Below, one piece after another: positions 63,504-64,000 of a stretch of DNA of 64,000 nt. The notes beneath the pieces were generated by a model that saw nothing but the letters and a program-made list of their open reading frames with translations, was not told the DNA's origin and made no database searches. Source of the stretch: Haliotis rubra. Its lineage: Eukaryota. Position numbers and translations under genes: made by a program. The stretch lies in NCBI RefSeq assembly GCF_003918875.1, contig NW_025767168.1, positions 2,976,001 through 3,040,000 on the forward strand, written 5' to 3'. Numbering within the stretch: the stretch's first letter is position 1; each line of letters starts with the position of its first letter.

Positions 63504-64000
63504 GTGTTATGTATATTTTATCAATAAGAATGGAATAAATTGAGTAGAACATGAGGTAGATGTTCCCCTCAATATGAAAATGTGTCATAGGTAGTACATA
63601 CCTTATTTGTCTGACATTGCCATCACTGTCTTTCAGTGAGTAATTTTCACCGACGTTTTGCCATCAAGAGGTGCCTCCGTTTTGCTTCCCTGGAAGTTTT
63701 TCTTGCAAGATGTAAAATCAGCTCGTATTGATACGGTCTAACATCCATGTCCAATATAACATCGGGAACATCTTTTACTGCTTCAGAATCCATGGTCACT
63801 GTAAAGTTGTCAGGTAAAGTCGAAGAGGAAGCCATCGACATTAGGCACATATGACGTCATGTCACGTGATACCCGCTACCAGGGAGACTATCCCTACCGC
63901 TACTGATCATTAACTGTTGAGTGTTTCCTTAATAGGCGAAAGTACGAGTGCTTTTTTACGCGTTTATTGCGATTTTACACATTTTGAGTTCAATTTTAAT

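Overview
Eukaryotic, intron-rich and repeat-rich animal DNA. The tRNA-SINEs with (ACTC)n tails and a Meta/MESC-like SINE core suggest a mollusc, probably a gastropod such as abalone (inference only). Genes reconstructed by hand from splice sites: (1) a head-to-head pair of claudin/PMP22-family tetraspan genes, one partial on the minus strand (856-1153) and one complete 5-exon, 370-aa gene on the plus strand (2136-8075); (2) an 18-coding-exon bifunctional pseudouridine-5'-phosphate glycosidase / PfkB pseudouridine kinase gene on the minus strand (36139-12820), whose exon 6 carries locally templated insertions and a premature stop; (3) an iduronate-2-sulfatase-like secreted sulfatase with an intronless CDS on the minus strand (47422-45928), broken by two -1 homopolymer frameshifts; (4) a CYP2-clan P450 pseudogene exon near 63 kb. 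Mobile DNA includes a degenerate DIRS1-type retrotransposon with ITRs and an internal complementary region plus a 1.9-kb tandem duplication of its 5' end, a LINE ORF1 fragment with a 2A-like NVESNPGP motif, an L1/Tx1 RT remnant, three SINE families, an IS3EU-like element, hAT/Harbinger/Crypton-like MITEs and a 7.8-kb GT-rich satellite. The most unusual observations are: an intron built entirely from tandem amplifications of its own splice junctions (14 decoy acceptors, nearly all leading to an in-frame stop); a SINE family with no tRNA head whose 5' end folds into a pseudoknotted, ribozyme-like structure; a probable U12 intron; and the 2A-like motif. No prokaryotic systems such as CRISPR arrays or operons are present.
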